From a virus (taxonomy: Duplodnaviria > Caudoviricetes): 54,237 nucleotides of DNA. The notes below the pieces were generated by a model. That model did not search any database, was not told the DNA's origin, and was given only the letters and a program-made list of their open reading frames with translations. Positions 37,222-48,600 of the stretch are shown piece by piece. The DNA lies in the IMG/VR virus record IMGVR_UViG_3300046169_000074, positions 1 through 54,237 of that record; one strand, written 5' to 3'. Made by a program: the position numbers and the translations under genes. Each line of letters begins with the position of its first letter. The stretch's first letter is position 1.

Positions 37222-38628
37222 ATGGGAGTTTTACAACAAGGTGCTGTTACTGGAATAGCACCAACTGCTAACAAGCAAGTTACGGCTGGGTCTTACTTAG
37301 ACTTTCAGTCCGCTGCTGGAGTTAACTTCGCGCAGCAATATCTACCTGAGCTACTAGAGAAAGAGGCTGAGGTATTCGGAAATAGATCTTTATCTGGTTT
37401 CCTAGAAAAAGTGGGAGCTGAAGAGGCTTCTGCGTCTGATCAAGTAGTTTGGTCTGAACAAGGTAGACTACACATTTCAGCAGCTGGTACTATCGCGGAT
37501 GGTACTGATTTAGCGGCTGGAAAAATTACAGCAACAGGTCACGGCGTTAGAATTGGTGATACTATCGTTCTTACGCAAGTTAATGTTGGGACTTTGAAAT
37601 GTTACGTATCTGGCGTTAACGATGACGACTTTACAGTTAAACCTTACACTCAAGCTGCGCTTAACACTTCAGGTGGTTCTGCTGTAACCTTTACTGCTGC
37701 TGCTGTGACTGGTTTCGTATACGGATCTGAATATGGTAAAGGGTTACCTGGTAGAGGTGAGTCTCTTGAACCTGAATTTACTTCTTACTCTAACCAAATG
37801 TTTATCATGAAGGACAAGTACGAAGTATCTGGTTCTGATGCTTCTCAAATTGGTTGGGTTGAAGTTTCTGGTGAAGAAGGTCAATCTGGTTACCTTTGGT
37901 ACTTGAAAGCTGCTGGTGATACTAAAGCGCGATTTACTGATTATTGTGAAATGGCTTTAGTTGAAGCTGAGAAATTAAAGTCGGGTAATACTAACGGTGC
38001 ACCTAAAGGTTCTGAAGGTTTATTTTCTGCTATCGACTCTCGCGGTATTGTTTGTGAAGCTGATGCTAATGGTAGCTTCTCACTAGCTACTGAGTTTGAT
38101 GTTATCTTAAAAGAGTTTGATAAGCAAGGTGCTATTGAAGAGTATGTTATGTTCTTGGATAGATCTGCAGCTCTCGATATTGATGACATGTTAGCTGGTC
38201 AAAATTCTTACGGTGATGGTGGTACTTCTTACGGAGTGTTCAACAACAGCGAAGATATGGCTATCAACTTAGGTTTCTCTGGTTTCCGCCGAGGTTCTTA
38301 CGACTTCTACAAAACTGACTGGAAATACTTAAACGACGGTGCTACTAGAGGTGCTCTTAATGGAGGTACTGCTGACGTTAAAAAAGGTGTTATGGTTCCT
38401 GCTGGTGTAACTTCTGTATACGACCAAGGTCTAGGTAAAAACCTAAAACGACCATTCTTACACGTTCGTTATAGAGCTGCTGGTATCGAAGATCGTCGCT
38501 TTAAAACTTGGACTACAGGTTCAGTTGGAGCTACTACTTCTGATCTAGATGCAATGGAGATGCACTTCTTGACTGAAAGATGTCTAGTTGTTCAGGGTGC
38601 TAACAACTTCTGTACTTTAGTTGGATAG
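37222..38628 (+). CDS. Major capsid protein
   Basis: Position, size, strongly biased codons, downstream terminator; WSEQGRLH, GFRRGSYDF. Confidence 0.85.
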   Translation: MGVLQQGAVTGIAPTANKQVTAGSYLDFQSAAGVNFAQQYLPELLEKEAEVFGNRSLSGFLEKVGAEEASASDQVVWSEQGRLHISAAGTIADGTDLAAGKITATGHGVRIGDTIVLTQVNVGTLKCYVSGVNDDDFTVKPYTQAALNTSGGSAVTFTAAAVTGFVYGSEYGKGLPGRGESLEPEFTSYSNQMFIMKDKYEVSGSDASQIGWVEVSGEEGQSGYLWYLKAAGDTKARFTDYCEMALVEAEKLKSGNTNGAPKGSEGLFSAIDSRGIVCEADANGSFSLATEFDVILKEFDKQGAIEEYVMFLDRSAALDIDDMLAGQNSYGDGGTSYGVFNNSEDMAINLGFSGFRRGSYDFYKTDWKYLNDGATRGALNGGTADVKKGVMVPAGVTSVYDQGLGKNLKRPFLHVRYRAAGIEDRRFKTWTTGSVGATTSDLDAMEMHFLTERCLVVQGANNFCTLVG

Positions 38629-38642
38629 TTACTAATATAATT

Positions 38643-38673
38643 CTGGGGAGGTTTAAAAGCCTCCTCAGTTTTT
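38643..38673 (+). terminator. Intrinsic terminator
   Basis: ctggggaggt-ttaaaa-gcctcctcag-ttttt. Confidence 0.85.
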
Positions 38674-38696
38674 AATTTATTTTATTATATATTATT

Positions 38697-39503
38697 ATGG
38701 CAAAAGCAAAAGCAAAAGCAACGCAAGTTGATAGCGTTGAAAAAACAAATGTTAAACAGCCTGAAGTTAAAGCTGTTAAAAAAGATACTTGGGAATTTAA
38801 AGATAGAACATACTCTTTAAAAGGAGACACACCGGTAGCTAGAATAATGAAGAGCTCAAACCTTTACTGGTTCGACGAAGGAAAGGGCTACGAAAGAGAG
38901 CTTATGTTGACTTCTAATCAACGTACGGTGTTTGTTGACGAAATGCAAGGTGTTAAAAGACCTGAAAAAATTATATTTAGAGATGGTCTATTGTTGGTCC
39001 CAAAAAATAAAGTTATACTTCAAAAACTACTATCTTTGTACCACCCAGGGTTGGGTATTACTTACGAAGAGTTAAAACCTAAAGAGGATGCTATAAAGGA
39101 AGTTGATGTACTTGAGTTACAACTTGAAGCTATGAACCTAGCTAACGATATGGACGTAGATATAGCTGAAGCAATAATGAGGGTTGAGATCGGTTCTAAG
39201 GTTAGTGAGATGAGTTCTAAGGAGCTTAAAAGAGATTTGTTAATATTTGCTAGGTCAAACCCTAGCTTGTTCATAGAGCTGGCTAACGATGATAATGTAC
39301 ATTTACGTAACGTCGGTGTTAAAGCCGTGGAGTTAGGTATAATTAAATTATCGCCAGACAATAGGGCTTTTATTTGGGCCTCTAACGATAGAAAGTTATT
39401 GACCGTTCCTTTTGATGAGCACCCGTACTCTGCTTTAGCCGCTTGGTTTAAAACAGATGAAGGTATGGAGGTACTTAATACTGTAGAGAAAAAGATTAAG
39501 TAA
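38697..39503 (+). CDS. Conserved head-module hypothetical protein
   Basis: 268-aa ORF after capsid. Confidence 0.7.
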   Translation: MAKAKAKATQVDSVEKTNVKQPEVKAVKKDTWEFKDRTYSLKGDTPVARIMKSSNLYWFDEGKGYERELMLTSNQRTVFVDEMQGVKRPEKIIFRDGLLLVPKNKVILQKLLSLYHPGLGITYEELKPKEDAIKEVDVLELQLEAMNLANDMDVDIAEAIMRVEIGSKVSEMSSKELKRDLLIFARSNPSLFIELANDDNVHLRNVGVKAVELGIIKLSPDNRAFIWASNDRKLLTVPFDEHPYSALAAWFKTDEGMEVLNTVEKKIK

Positions 39504-39524
39504 TACACAGTGTATGAATATATT

Positions 39525-39556
39525 AATAGCCACCTTAGCGGGTGGTTATTTTTTTT
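39525..39556 (+). terminator. Intrinsic terminator
   Basis: aatagccacc-ttagcg-ggtggttatt-tttttt. Confidence 0.85.
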
Positions 39557-39583
39557 AAGTGATATTATAAACATGTAATATAG
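39556..39583 (+). promoter_or_regulatory. Class II promoter-like motif (variant)
   Basis: TAAG-N15-GTAATATAG. Confidence 0.45.
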
Positions 39584-39606
39584 TATATAGGATTAATAAT
39601 TATTAT

Positions 39607-39987
39607 ATGCCGCTAAAAGGATTAAATAAATTAAAAAACTTATTTTGGTATAGTGATAGTGAGCCCAGTGAGATAACTATAGCTGTGTTTAACTTAATAG
39701 CTTTACCATGTCTAATAGTTAGGGAGTTTGAAAATCCTAGTGCTATATTAATAATGTTATCTTTAATGTGTGGTGTTTTTCAGTTTTGGGCCGTACTATG
39801 GGGTGATAGCTTAAACTACAGATTAATATCGGTACAAGCTGCGTCGTTACTTAGCGTAGCTGTTTTAGTGAACTTATATATGGATGATTGCTTAGGTAGC
39901 TCTAACGTTACCTGGTTCATTGTTTGTATATTGACTTTCTGGAACACAATTAGAGTATTTAACGAGAAGATAGAAAAAGGTTTGTGA
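39607..39987 (+). CDS. Four-TM membrane protein
   Basis: Four hydrophobic segments in 126 aa. Confidence 0.7.
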   Translation: MPLKGLNKLKNLFWYSDSEPSEITIAVFNLIALPCLIVREFENPSAILIMLSLMCGVFQFWAVLWGDSLNYRLISVQAASLLSVAVLVNLYMDDCLGSSNVTWFIVCILTFWNTIRVFNEKIEKGL

Positions 39988-40298
39988 TGGATGATTACGT
40001 TCAAATATTAATAACTATAATTGGTGTTCTAGGTTCAGCCAGTATATGGAAGTTTCTAGAAGCTAGGATGAAAATGAAATCTCAAGAAAAAAGTGAAGCT
40101 AGTAAGAACGATGACGGTATGCAGTATAGAGATGATTTAAAAAATAGAGTTTGCAACCTAGAGGCTATGCTTGCTAGATCTTCTGACGAAAAAGACGAGC
40201 TTAGGGATAAGGTACTTATGTTAACTGGTGAAGTGGAAGCACTTAAGGTTAAAGTAGAGTTCCTTAGTAAAGAAAATGATAGGCTTAAAAACAAGTAG
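39987..40298 (+). CDS. N-terminal TM plus coiled-coil protein
   Basis: ILITIIGVLGSASIW followed by heptads. Confidence 0.7.
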   Translation: MDDYVQILITIIGVLGSASIWKFLEARMKMKSQEKSEASKNDDGMQYRDDLKNRVCNLEAMLARSSDEKDELRDKVLMLTGEVEALKVKVEFLSKENDRLKNK

Positions 40299-40315
40299 AT
40301 ATATGCACAAAAAGT

Positions 40316-40344
40316 AAGACCACCTTTAACCGGGTGGTTTTTTT
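40316..40344 (+). terminator. Intrinsic terminator
   Basis: aagaccacc-tttaaccg-ggtggtttt-ttt. Confidence 0.85.
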
Positions 40345-40350
40345 ATATAG

Positions 40351-40378
40351 TAACATATCACTTTATTATGTAACTATA
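40351..40378 (+). promoter_or_regulatory. Class II promoter-like motif
   Basis: TAAC-N15-GTAACTATA. Confidence 0.6.
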
Positions 40379-40397
40379 TTATTGTAAAAAAAGAGCA

Positions 40398-40559
40398 ATG
40401 AAATCAAAGGGATTAGGTGATACCGTAGAAAAAATAACTAAAGCTACTGGCTTAAAAAGCTTGTACGATATAGCTGCACGAGCAGTTGGTTATGAGGACT
40501 GTGGTTGTGATAAAAGGAAGGCTTGGCTTAATAAGCAGTTCCCTTATAAAAACTATTAA
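40398..40559 (+). CDS. 53-aa protein with GLGDT...CGC motif
   Basis: MKSKGLGDTVEKITKATG...DCGCDKRKAWLN read by hand. Confidence 0.7.
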   Translation: MKSKGLGDTVEKITKATGLKSLYDIAARAVGYEDCGCDKRKAWLNKQFPYKNY

Positions 40560-40560
40560 T

Positions 40561-41283
40561 ATGTCTTATAAAGAAATAAGTGTAGACACTGTTTATCAAA
40601 AAGTTTTAGCTATAGCTAATAAAGAGCAGAGAGGTTATATAACCCCTCAAGACTTTAACTTGTTTGCTAAGCAAGCACAACAGGAAATTTTTGATAACTA
40701 CTTTAGTAGGCTTAAAGTAGCTCACTTAAAACCATCTAATCAATCTGACTCTTCTGACGAAATAAACGAGCTGAATGAAAAGCTGTCCATACATAGAACT
40801 GTAGATAATACGGCTTTGAAAGAATCTGTTTCTGAGCCTTATATATATACGACTCCTTCTAACGCATACAATATAACATCTGTTAATTTTACCAATTCTA
40901 AAGGTCAATTAATAGAAATAACAAACGTGGATAGAAGTAAAGTACATTATATGTTGCTAAACCCGCTAACAGCTCCAACTCTATCAAACCCAGTTTACGT
41001 TAGAACTACTGGTGGAGATATAGAGATTTATCCTACAAACTTCACGTCAGATATTAACGTGCACTATATAAAGAAACCTAACGACCCTAATTGGGGTTAC
41101 GTCATAGTTGGCGGGAAGGCTATGTATAACTCAAACTCTTCCAGTAACTTTAACTTACATGCCTCTGAAGAAAACAACTTAGTAATGAGGATACTAGTAT
41201 TATCAGGTATATCTATAAAAGACGAGATGCTAACGAGTGTTGTTAGTCGTGATATTGAGAATACTGAAATTAAAAATAATTAA
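40561..41283 (+). CDS. Tail ring/adaptor protein
   Basis: NKEQRGYITPQDFN, YIKKPNDPNW; position in tail module. Confidence 0.65.
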   Translation: MSYKEISVDTVYQKVLAIANKEQRGYITPQDFNLFAKQAQQEIFDNYFSRLKVAHLKPSNQSDSSDEINELNEKLSIHRTVDNTALKESVSEPYIYTTPSNAYNITSVNFTNSKGQLIEITNVDRSKVHYMLLNPLTAPTLSNPVYVRTTGGDIEIYPTNFTSDINVHYIKKPNDPNWGYVIVGGKAMYNSNSSSNFNLHASEENNLVMRILVLSGISIKDEMLTSVVSRDIENTEIKNN

Positions 41284-41285
41284 CG

Positions 41286-42629
41286 ATGGGACTACTAGAT
41301 AACGAAACTCAGAGAGGTTACTACAATGAACCTAGTGGATATGGTAACTATCAGTTTACTTCACTAGATAATATTATAAACGGTTTTATGGTGGCTTACG
41401 TTGGTGAAGGTAAGTTAATTTCCAAAGTTAATAGAACGGATGTTCAATTTCATGGTATGAGGGCTTTGCAAGAGTTTTCTTACGATATATTTAGGTCTAT
41501 GAAATCTCAAGAGATTGAAGTACCTAATACTTTGAAAATGATTTTACCACAAGACTACGTTAACTACACTAAGTTGACTACTAGTGGTAGTGATGGGATA
41601 CAGAGAGTTTTATACCCAACCGGTAAAACATCTAACCCTACGTCTATGCAGCAAAATGATGATGGGGATTACAAATTCACCACTGAGTTAAATAGAAAAA
41701 TAACTATAACCGCTCCAGAGTACAGTGACTTGACTGACCAAGATGCTTTCTCTTTAATGGCTAAGCGAGTTAAAGTAGATGGGTCAATAGATAAGCAGGA
41801 TATTTATTTTATATTTAACTTGGATAATAACATATCTGGTAATTTGGTTTCGATACCTTCAGACACTAGTAATGTGGTTAGGGCTTACATAACTGTTGAC
41901 GACAATGATACTAGAAGTGTTATAGCTGGGAAAATGGCAAATGCTATAAATACATTTCACCAAGCATACTCAGTATCTGTATCTGGCCACACTCTAACCA
42001 TACAATATTTAGATAGTCACGAGTGGCCATCTAGCGAGAATATAGCTAATAGCACTGGTAGCTCCACCGGGGGTGACTTATCATACGGCGGGGTGACTAT
42101 AAATAATCTTAATATAACGGTTTTAGAAACTGGTTTAGGTGTTAGTTTATCATCTAACGCCTTATTAAATAACGAGTCTAATACTTGGTCTAACTACAAA
42201 TCGTATACAGAGTACGATTACAGAGATAATAGCTACCAACCGGATGACTTAAAGCAAAATACATTTGGCAATAGATACGGATTAGACCCTCAGCACGCTC
42301 AAGACAATGGTACTTTTTACATAGACAACTCTAAAGGCTTCATACACTTCGGTTCGGCATTAGCTGGTAGAAATGTTATACTACACTACGTTAGTGATGG
42401 ATTAGGTACTGACAGCGAGATGATTGTGCATAAATTTGCCGAAGAAGCTGTATATAAATGGATAGCACATGCTATTGTATCTTCAAGATCTAACATGCCA
42501 GAGTACATAGTGCAAAGATTTAAGAAAGAAAAATTCGCTGAAGCTAGAAAAGCTAAAATAAGGTTATCAAACATTAAGATAGAAGAGTTCACTCAGGTAT
42601 TAAAAGGCTTAAGTAAACCTATAAAGTAG
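41286..42629 (+). CDS. Tail ring/tubular protein with central insertion
   Basis: LPQDYVNY...YVSDGL...HKFAEEA. Confidence 0.65.
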   Translation: MGLLDNETQRGYYNEPSGYGNYQFTSLDNIINGFMVAYVGEGKLISKVNRTDVQFHGMRALQEFSYDIFRSMKSQEIEVPNTLKMILPQDYVNYTKLTTSGSDGIQRVLYPTGKTSNPTSMQQNDDGDYKFTTELNRKITITAPEYSDLTDQDAFSLMAKRVKVDGSIDKQDIYFIFNLDNNISGNLVSIPSDTSNVVRAYITVDDNDTRSVIAGKMANAINTFHQAYSVSVSGHTLTIQYLDSHEWPSSENIANSTGSSTGGDLSYGGVTINNLNITVLETGLGVSLSSNALLNNESNTWSNYKSYTEYDYRDNSYQPDDLKQNTFGNRYGLDPQHAQDNGTFYIDNSKGFIHFGSALAGRNVILHYVSDGLGTDSEMIVHKFAEEAVYKWIAHAIVSSRSNMPEYIVQRFKKEKFAEARKAKIRLSNIKIEEFTQVLKGLSKPIK

Positions 42630-42635
42630 TATATA

Positions 42636-45600
42636 ATGGCAGAAATTAAACATACTTTCACGGCTGGTAGAATGAACAAGGATCTAGATGAGAGATTAGT
42701 TCCCAATGGTGAATATAGAGATGCTCAAAACATTCAAGTTAGAACTACAGATGGTGACGCTGCTGGAACTGTACAAAACTTACAAGGTAATAAGGTAGTT
42801 GGATCAACGAACTACAAGAAACAGTTATTAAATAATCACGATTTTTCTGAAGGTAGTGATGGATGGGTTGAAAAACAAGATTCATTTAGTCAAAACCTAC
42901 TAGGTCACGACACTATAGATACTACAGACGCTAGTACTAGCGGGTATAGCGTATCTCCCCTTTAGAACTTACTCACCTACAGGGGAGGAAGCTGCTGTAA
43001 GGATAACAGCGACAAACACTTTAATATCCTGGAGTTTGGATAAATCATACTCCCAAACAGGGGATAAAAACTTTTCTATATGGGTTAAAGCCGATAGTGT
43101 TAACACTGGTAATAATCAATTAACTTTAAAAGCCAAGCAAGATGCTGGGCAACAGCAGGAGCTATACTCGATCACGGATGGTTGGGTTAGGTACGATGTG
43201 TCGTTTGAAATACAGCAGCTTTTAACTGGTACCCAGATAAATGATAGTATTGAATTTAACATAAGTTGTGATGTTGGTGATGTTTTCCACATTTACAAAC
43301 CGAACTTAGTTAGATCTAGCAATGCTATAACTAACGACTACTTGGCATTTAAAGATAACAATCTAATAGTTAACTCTGTAAACACTTCCTATAAATCATT
43401 AGGTAGTGAAATGCTAAGTAATAATTCTGTTTTATACGAGAGTGGTGAAGACCCAAGTTGGACTAGCGTGAACGTTGACTACAGTAGCAGCAGAGCGATG
43501 TTGAAAGGTGGTTTATACTCGTCACTATCTCAGGGAACACTACTAGACACGCAGAGTTATGAGGTTAAATTTAGTGCTATAGTTAGATCTGGTTACTTAA
43601 CCGTTGGTAGTTATAGATTTGAAGAAGGTGTATACTTAAATCAAACAGTAGAAATATCTAACTTCTTAGGTACTCTTGAGTTGGTAGGTACTAAAAAGGC
43701 TGATCTAGATGAAGATGGTGAGATTCTTATAGAGGATCACGACATAACTGTAACCAATGTTGAGTTAAAGCCTATAGTATCTTTAGAGAGAGGTATTAAC
43801 GATTTTAGTACTAAGGATGACGTTGTAATGCAGCGCGGAGAAACTTATGAGTTAGAGTATGAAATAGTTCCTAGTACAAGGCCCGCTAATGAGCTTGCTT
43901 TAATAGTAGATAAATCTTATAGTGTTCTTGGTAATAAAGGTGGTAGAATATTTTTATCAACGAAGCCAGGTGTTCATAAGGTTAAATTCACTTACACCGC
44001 AAGCAGTAAAGGTCCTTTAACGTTTGAGGTTTACTCGGATAACACAAGAGCGCTTGTTGATAAATTAGAAATAGGTTATATATCTTTAGTAAACATTAGT
44101 GAATCGGTAAGTTCATCCAAGTGTATAGGGTCAGTAAATGATCCAAAAATAAATAGTTCTTACTTTATGTTTGCTAGCGATGAAATTTCTCACGGAAATC
44201 CTAGCGTTATTGGAAGCGAGGTTAAATATATAGACTATATAATAGAGCAAAATGTCAGTGGTGACACCGTTAATGTATTTAACGACGTTTTTGGTGTTGT
44301 TCAGACAGCCACTAAAGCTGGTTTAAGTGAACAAGAGTTAGTCTCTGGTTTTGAGTCTTTTGAAGTAGTTGATGGTAGTAAGTACAAGCCTGGCATGGTG
44401 GTTAGGTTTATAACGAAAGGTGGTAGAAACCTACTAAAGCCGGATTCTAAAATATTATCTATAAGAGATAATACTATAACACTGGATAAAGCTCAAAACG
44501 TTAATATAAACTCACCTGATATAAACGATACTTTATTTGAGGATGAATCCCAATGGGGTCAATCACCATCCGAGAATATAACGTTTGTAGATATTAGCGT
44601 GCCAATGTTTGGCTTAAAGCTAAACACTTGTTCTATTTCAGCGTCACCAAATCAACCAGTTACTTTGACTGCTAATAATTCTACCTTAATTAGCGGTAAT
44701 AGTTACAAGTTCAATTACTCTATACTTTCTAATGATGGCGTTAAGGATTTAAGAATTTGGAATGGTTTTGAAGACTTAAAAGTACCAAGCACCGTTGGAG
44801 CTCACGAGATAAATTTCGAAACTCCAAACTCTATATCATCAAATCAATTTAAGATTACAGTAAACGATCAGTCGGATTTTAACTATAGTGAGAATTTAAT
44901 AACAGGCGCTAGTAGTAACTTTGAGCAGAGCACGGGTGGGTGGAGCACTGGGTCTATATCAAATGCGATTTCTGAATACGATTACTACACAAATACTCAT
45001 CAAGGTTATAGATATAGACTCACGTTTGGGCTTATAACACCTAATCTTAGTCAAGTCACAACTTTGAGTAACTTACCTTTAGAACCCACCACTACTTATG
45101 AAATTAGTTTCAAAGCTAGTAGAAAGGGCGACAATCAAAACTCACTTTATCAAATAACGTTGAATGATCAAGTAGTTGGATTCAATTTAACAAACTACAC
45201 TCAAGAGTTTACGTTGACTTTAACTACTAGTGGATCTATTAGTAGTAATAAAATGAAAATATCATCACCTAACGACCATGAGGGTGTTATATACATAGAC
45301 GACATTAAGCTGAGGAAAAGATCCGGTAGTCAACCTAACATACAGTTAAACTCCGCTTCTTTAGTAAGTGAAGATGGTTCTGTAGATGTGGTTACATTCG
45401 AAGCTCCTAAAGTTTTAGAATTCAATCAAAACAGTTTAATAAATAACATTAACGTTATAGATGATTTACTACTCTGGACTGATGGTGCTAGTGAGCCTAA
45501 GAAAATAAACATAACTAGGTGCAAAGCTGGTACTGAAGGTTATACTAGTAGTACTAAGTTATTTTTAAACACACCAAGTGGTTTGAAGTTAGCGTCAAAT

Positions 45601-48600
45601 ATATTAGGTATTGATAGTAAAAATTTAATCTTAGATGGAGACTTCCCGTCAGCGTACAGACCATTGCGTTGGGTTGGTAGTAACGGTACAACAGCGTCTT
45701 TTAACTCTAATAGCTTAAAAGTTGAGATAGTATCCGTTGGTAATACTAATTACGCATTTTTCAACCCACCACTTACTGACAGTGTATATTTACATAAAGG
45801 TAAAGAGTATCAAATAAAAGCCGACTGTAACTTAGAGGATTCTAGTAGCGCTAAAATAGTTATACCAAGTATTGGTGAGACTAACACTTTATACGCTGAC
45901 GGTAAGTTATCGCTAAACTTCATAGCCAAAAAGGATGGTAACGTAGTACCACAGTGCTTTGTTACTGGAGATGTTGGTGACTTCGCAAGATTTAGCAATA
46001 TATCACTGGCTTTATTTAGAAATGCTAGTGATGACAATGTGTTAAATGAGCATGTAACCGTAATTAAAAAAGCTCCTAAAGCAGGTCCAGATATAGAGGT
46101 AATATCGGCTGAAGACATGGGTTACGGTAGTGCTACTTTAGATGGGTTTACGGGTTTTTGGGATTTTGAGAGTGATGAACCTATGAGTTCTAACTCGTCT
46201 GGTTCCTTTGCCTTAGATAGCAGTAAGCCCTTCAAGACTGGTGACAGTTTAATTTTAAGTAGTAGCTTGAACGGAGATGTTGACGTTGAGGTTTCTTTAA
46301 TTATAACGGCCATAAGAGGTAAAGCTATTTACTACAGATTAGTCTCTGTAGATACTGAGTTAACATCTGAGCATGAAAATTGGCAGGTTTCAACTAATCA
46401 ACCGCTTGGTATATTTGAAAACAGCTTTTGCAGGTTAGCTTATAGATATAAATACAACGATGGTGAGTACTCTAGTTTATCACCTTGGTCAGACCTGATA
46501 TTCGAACCTGGTGAGTTTAATTATACCGTGGAAGAGGGTCATAATTTGGGTATGATAAATCTTGCTAAAGAAATACATGTCACAAACTTAATTAACGAGC
46601 AAACTCCTAACGATGTTACTAGTGTAGACCTTATATTATCCAGTACAGATTCTAGCTTAGCTTATATAGTTAAAACTATAAACAAATCTTTTGACCCTGA
46701 GTGGGAAACTGATTTAGTTAAAATAAATTCAGAGGTAATGCATAATACGCTACCCGAAGATCAAATATTAAGAGTGTGGGATAACGTACCTATAAAAGCT
46801 AAGTCACAGGAGGTTGTTGGTAACAGAGTTGTTTATGGTAACTATGCTCAAGGTTACGATATACCCTTCACCCCTAGCCTGTACCAATCGTTAAAGTCTA
46901 CTGTTGTAAGTGATATTGGTAAACCTAAAAAGTCTGTTAAATCTGGTAGAACTTACAAAGTTGGATTTGTATTCGAAGATAAAAATGGTAGGCAAACACC
47001 AGTTTTATCACCAGGTAGTAGGGTTACTTCATCTGAAGACGAAGGTGGCCAACAGTCGTCAAGTGTTACCGTTAATAAAGCTAACTCTAGTTCAGCTAAT
47101 AGGATAATGGCTGGGCAAGGTTGGAGTAGCGACTCATCTAACTCCTCTAAACCAGAGAATTGGATGGAGTATGTTAGATTCTATGTCAAAGAAAGTAGTA
47201 ATGATTACTACAATTTGGCTATGGATAGGTGGTACAACGCTGAGGACGGCAACATATGGGTCTCCTTTTCTTCTTCAGATATAAATAAAATATCAGAAGA
47301 CTCTTATATAACTTTAAAGAAAACCCATGGGTCTAACCAACCTGTAGCTAGTTCTGATAACTACAAGGTATTAGCAATAAGTAAAGAAGCTCCAGATTTT
47401 ATAAAGACTGTGCGAAGAATTATTGGTTCTATCAATATACCGGGTGGTTTGGATAAAAGCTACTATGAAGAGGTTGATGGTGATTTACTTAACTTGTCTT
47501 TAAATAAAGACTTGAAGGTGAATAACAATGATTATAAGTCTTTTAATTCCTCAAATAGCCCTGTAGAAATAAATGGTAAACTTAAGGTTAGGTTGGTAGC
47601 TACCTCTATAACTAATAACGTATCTTTATCAACTAGCTTTATTGATGTTAATTATTTCAAGCAACCACTAGACACTAGCGACGATGGTAACCTTAGGATA
47701 AGTAAACAGTTTGGTACTCAAGCTAACTTTTATAAAAGGTTTGTAGACTTAGGTTATTTTAATAGTATAAATCACGCGCAACAGCAACTATCAAACCCTA
47801 ATAATGGTCATATAAAATACGAGTTAGTTTCTGAAACTTTGGAAAATAAACCAGAGTTTGATGGTAGGTTTTTTGTTAAAATAAATAAAAGCGAAGACGT
47901 ATTAAACAACGTTATAAACAATGGTAAAACCATAAACGTATTTGAATCTATTGGTACCATAAGCCTTGGGTGCGTTAGCTCTGACATAGCAAATAACGGT
48001 AGACTGCTTACCCAGCAAATGAATCCTTACGGGTACGAGTGGGGTAGTAACGCAGCTAGTAGCTTTGGTACTTCTAGCGGTGGTTACAACCCTAACGGAG
48101 AGGTGTTAGCAAACCCCTTGTCTAAAACTGCGGCTCAGTATATGGGTGGTTGTACTTACAAGGCTATTGGTAAAGAGTATTGGGATTTTTATAGACAGTG
48201 GCATACTAGGGTTGTAGAGGGTGTAGGTGGTTTAAATGCGGCTAGGAAGGGTAACATACCAGTTGGTGGTTTCTTAGATGAAGCTCAGTACATGACTAAA
48301 GGTCCTTACGGTGGTAGTATACCAAAACAGCCATATGCTTTTAGTAGGTCGCCACTAGCATCTTCGCAGAGTAGAACTAATGACTTGATGACTATAGCGA
48401 TACCTAGCCTACCTATGCCTCTAACTGAGTACTCAGATGGTTACTTATACATGAAATTGTTTAAAGCTGGTGCTATATTTTCTTGGTCGTCGGACCCTCA
48501 AGCCGTGAAATACAGGGTCGTAAGCGCTTTCAAGCACACACGTTCTTCGTACGCTTCATCGGGTTGTAAACCATGTGAAGAGCAAGAAGACTTGTGCAAA

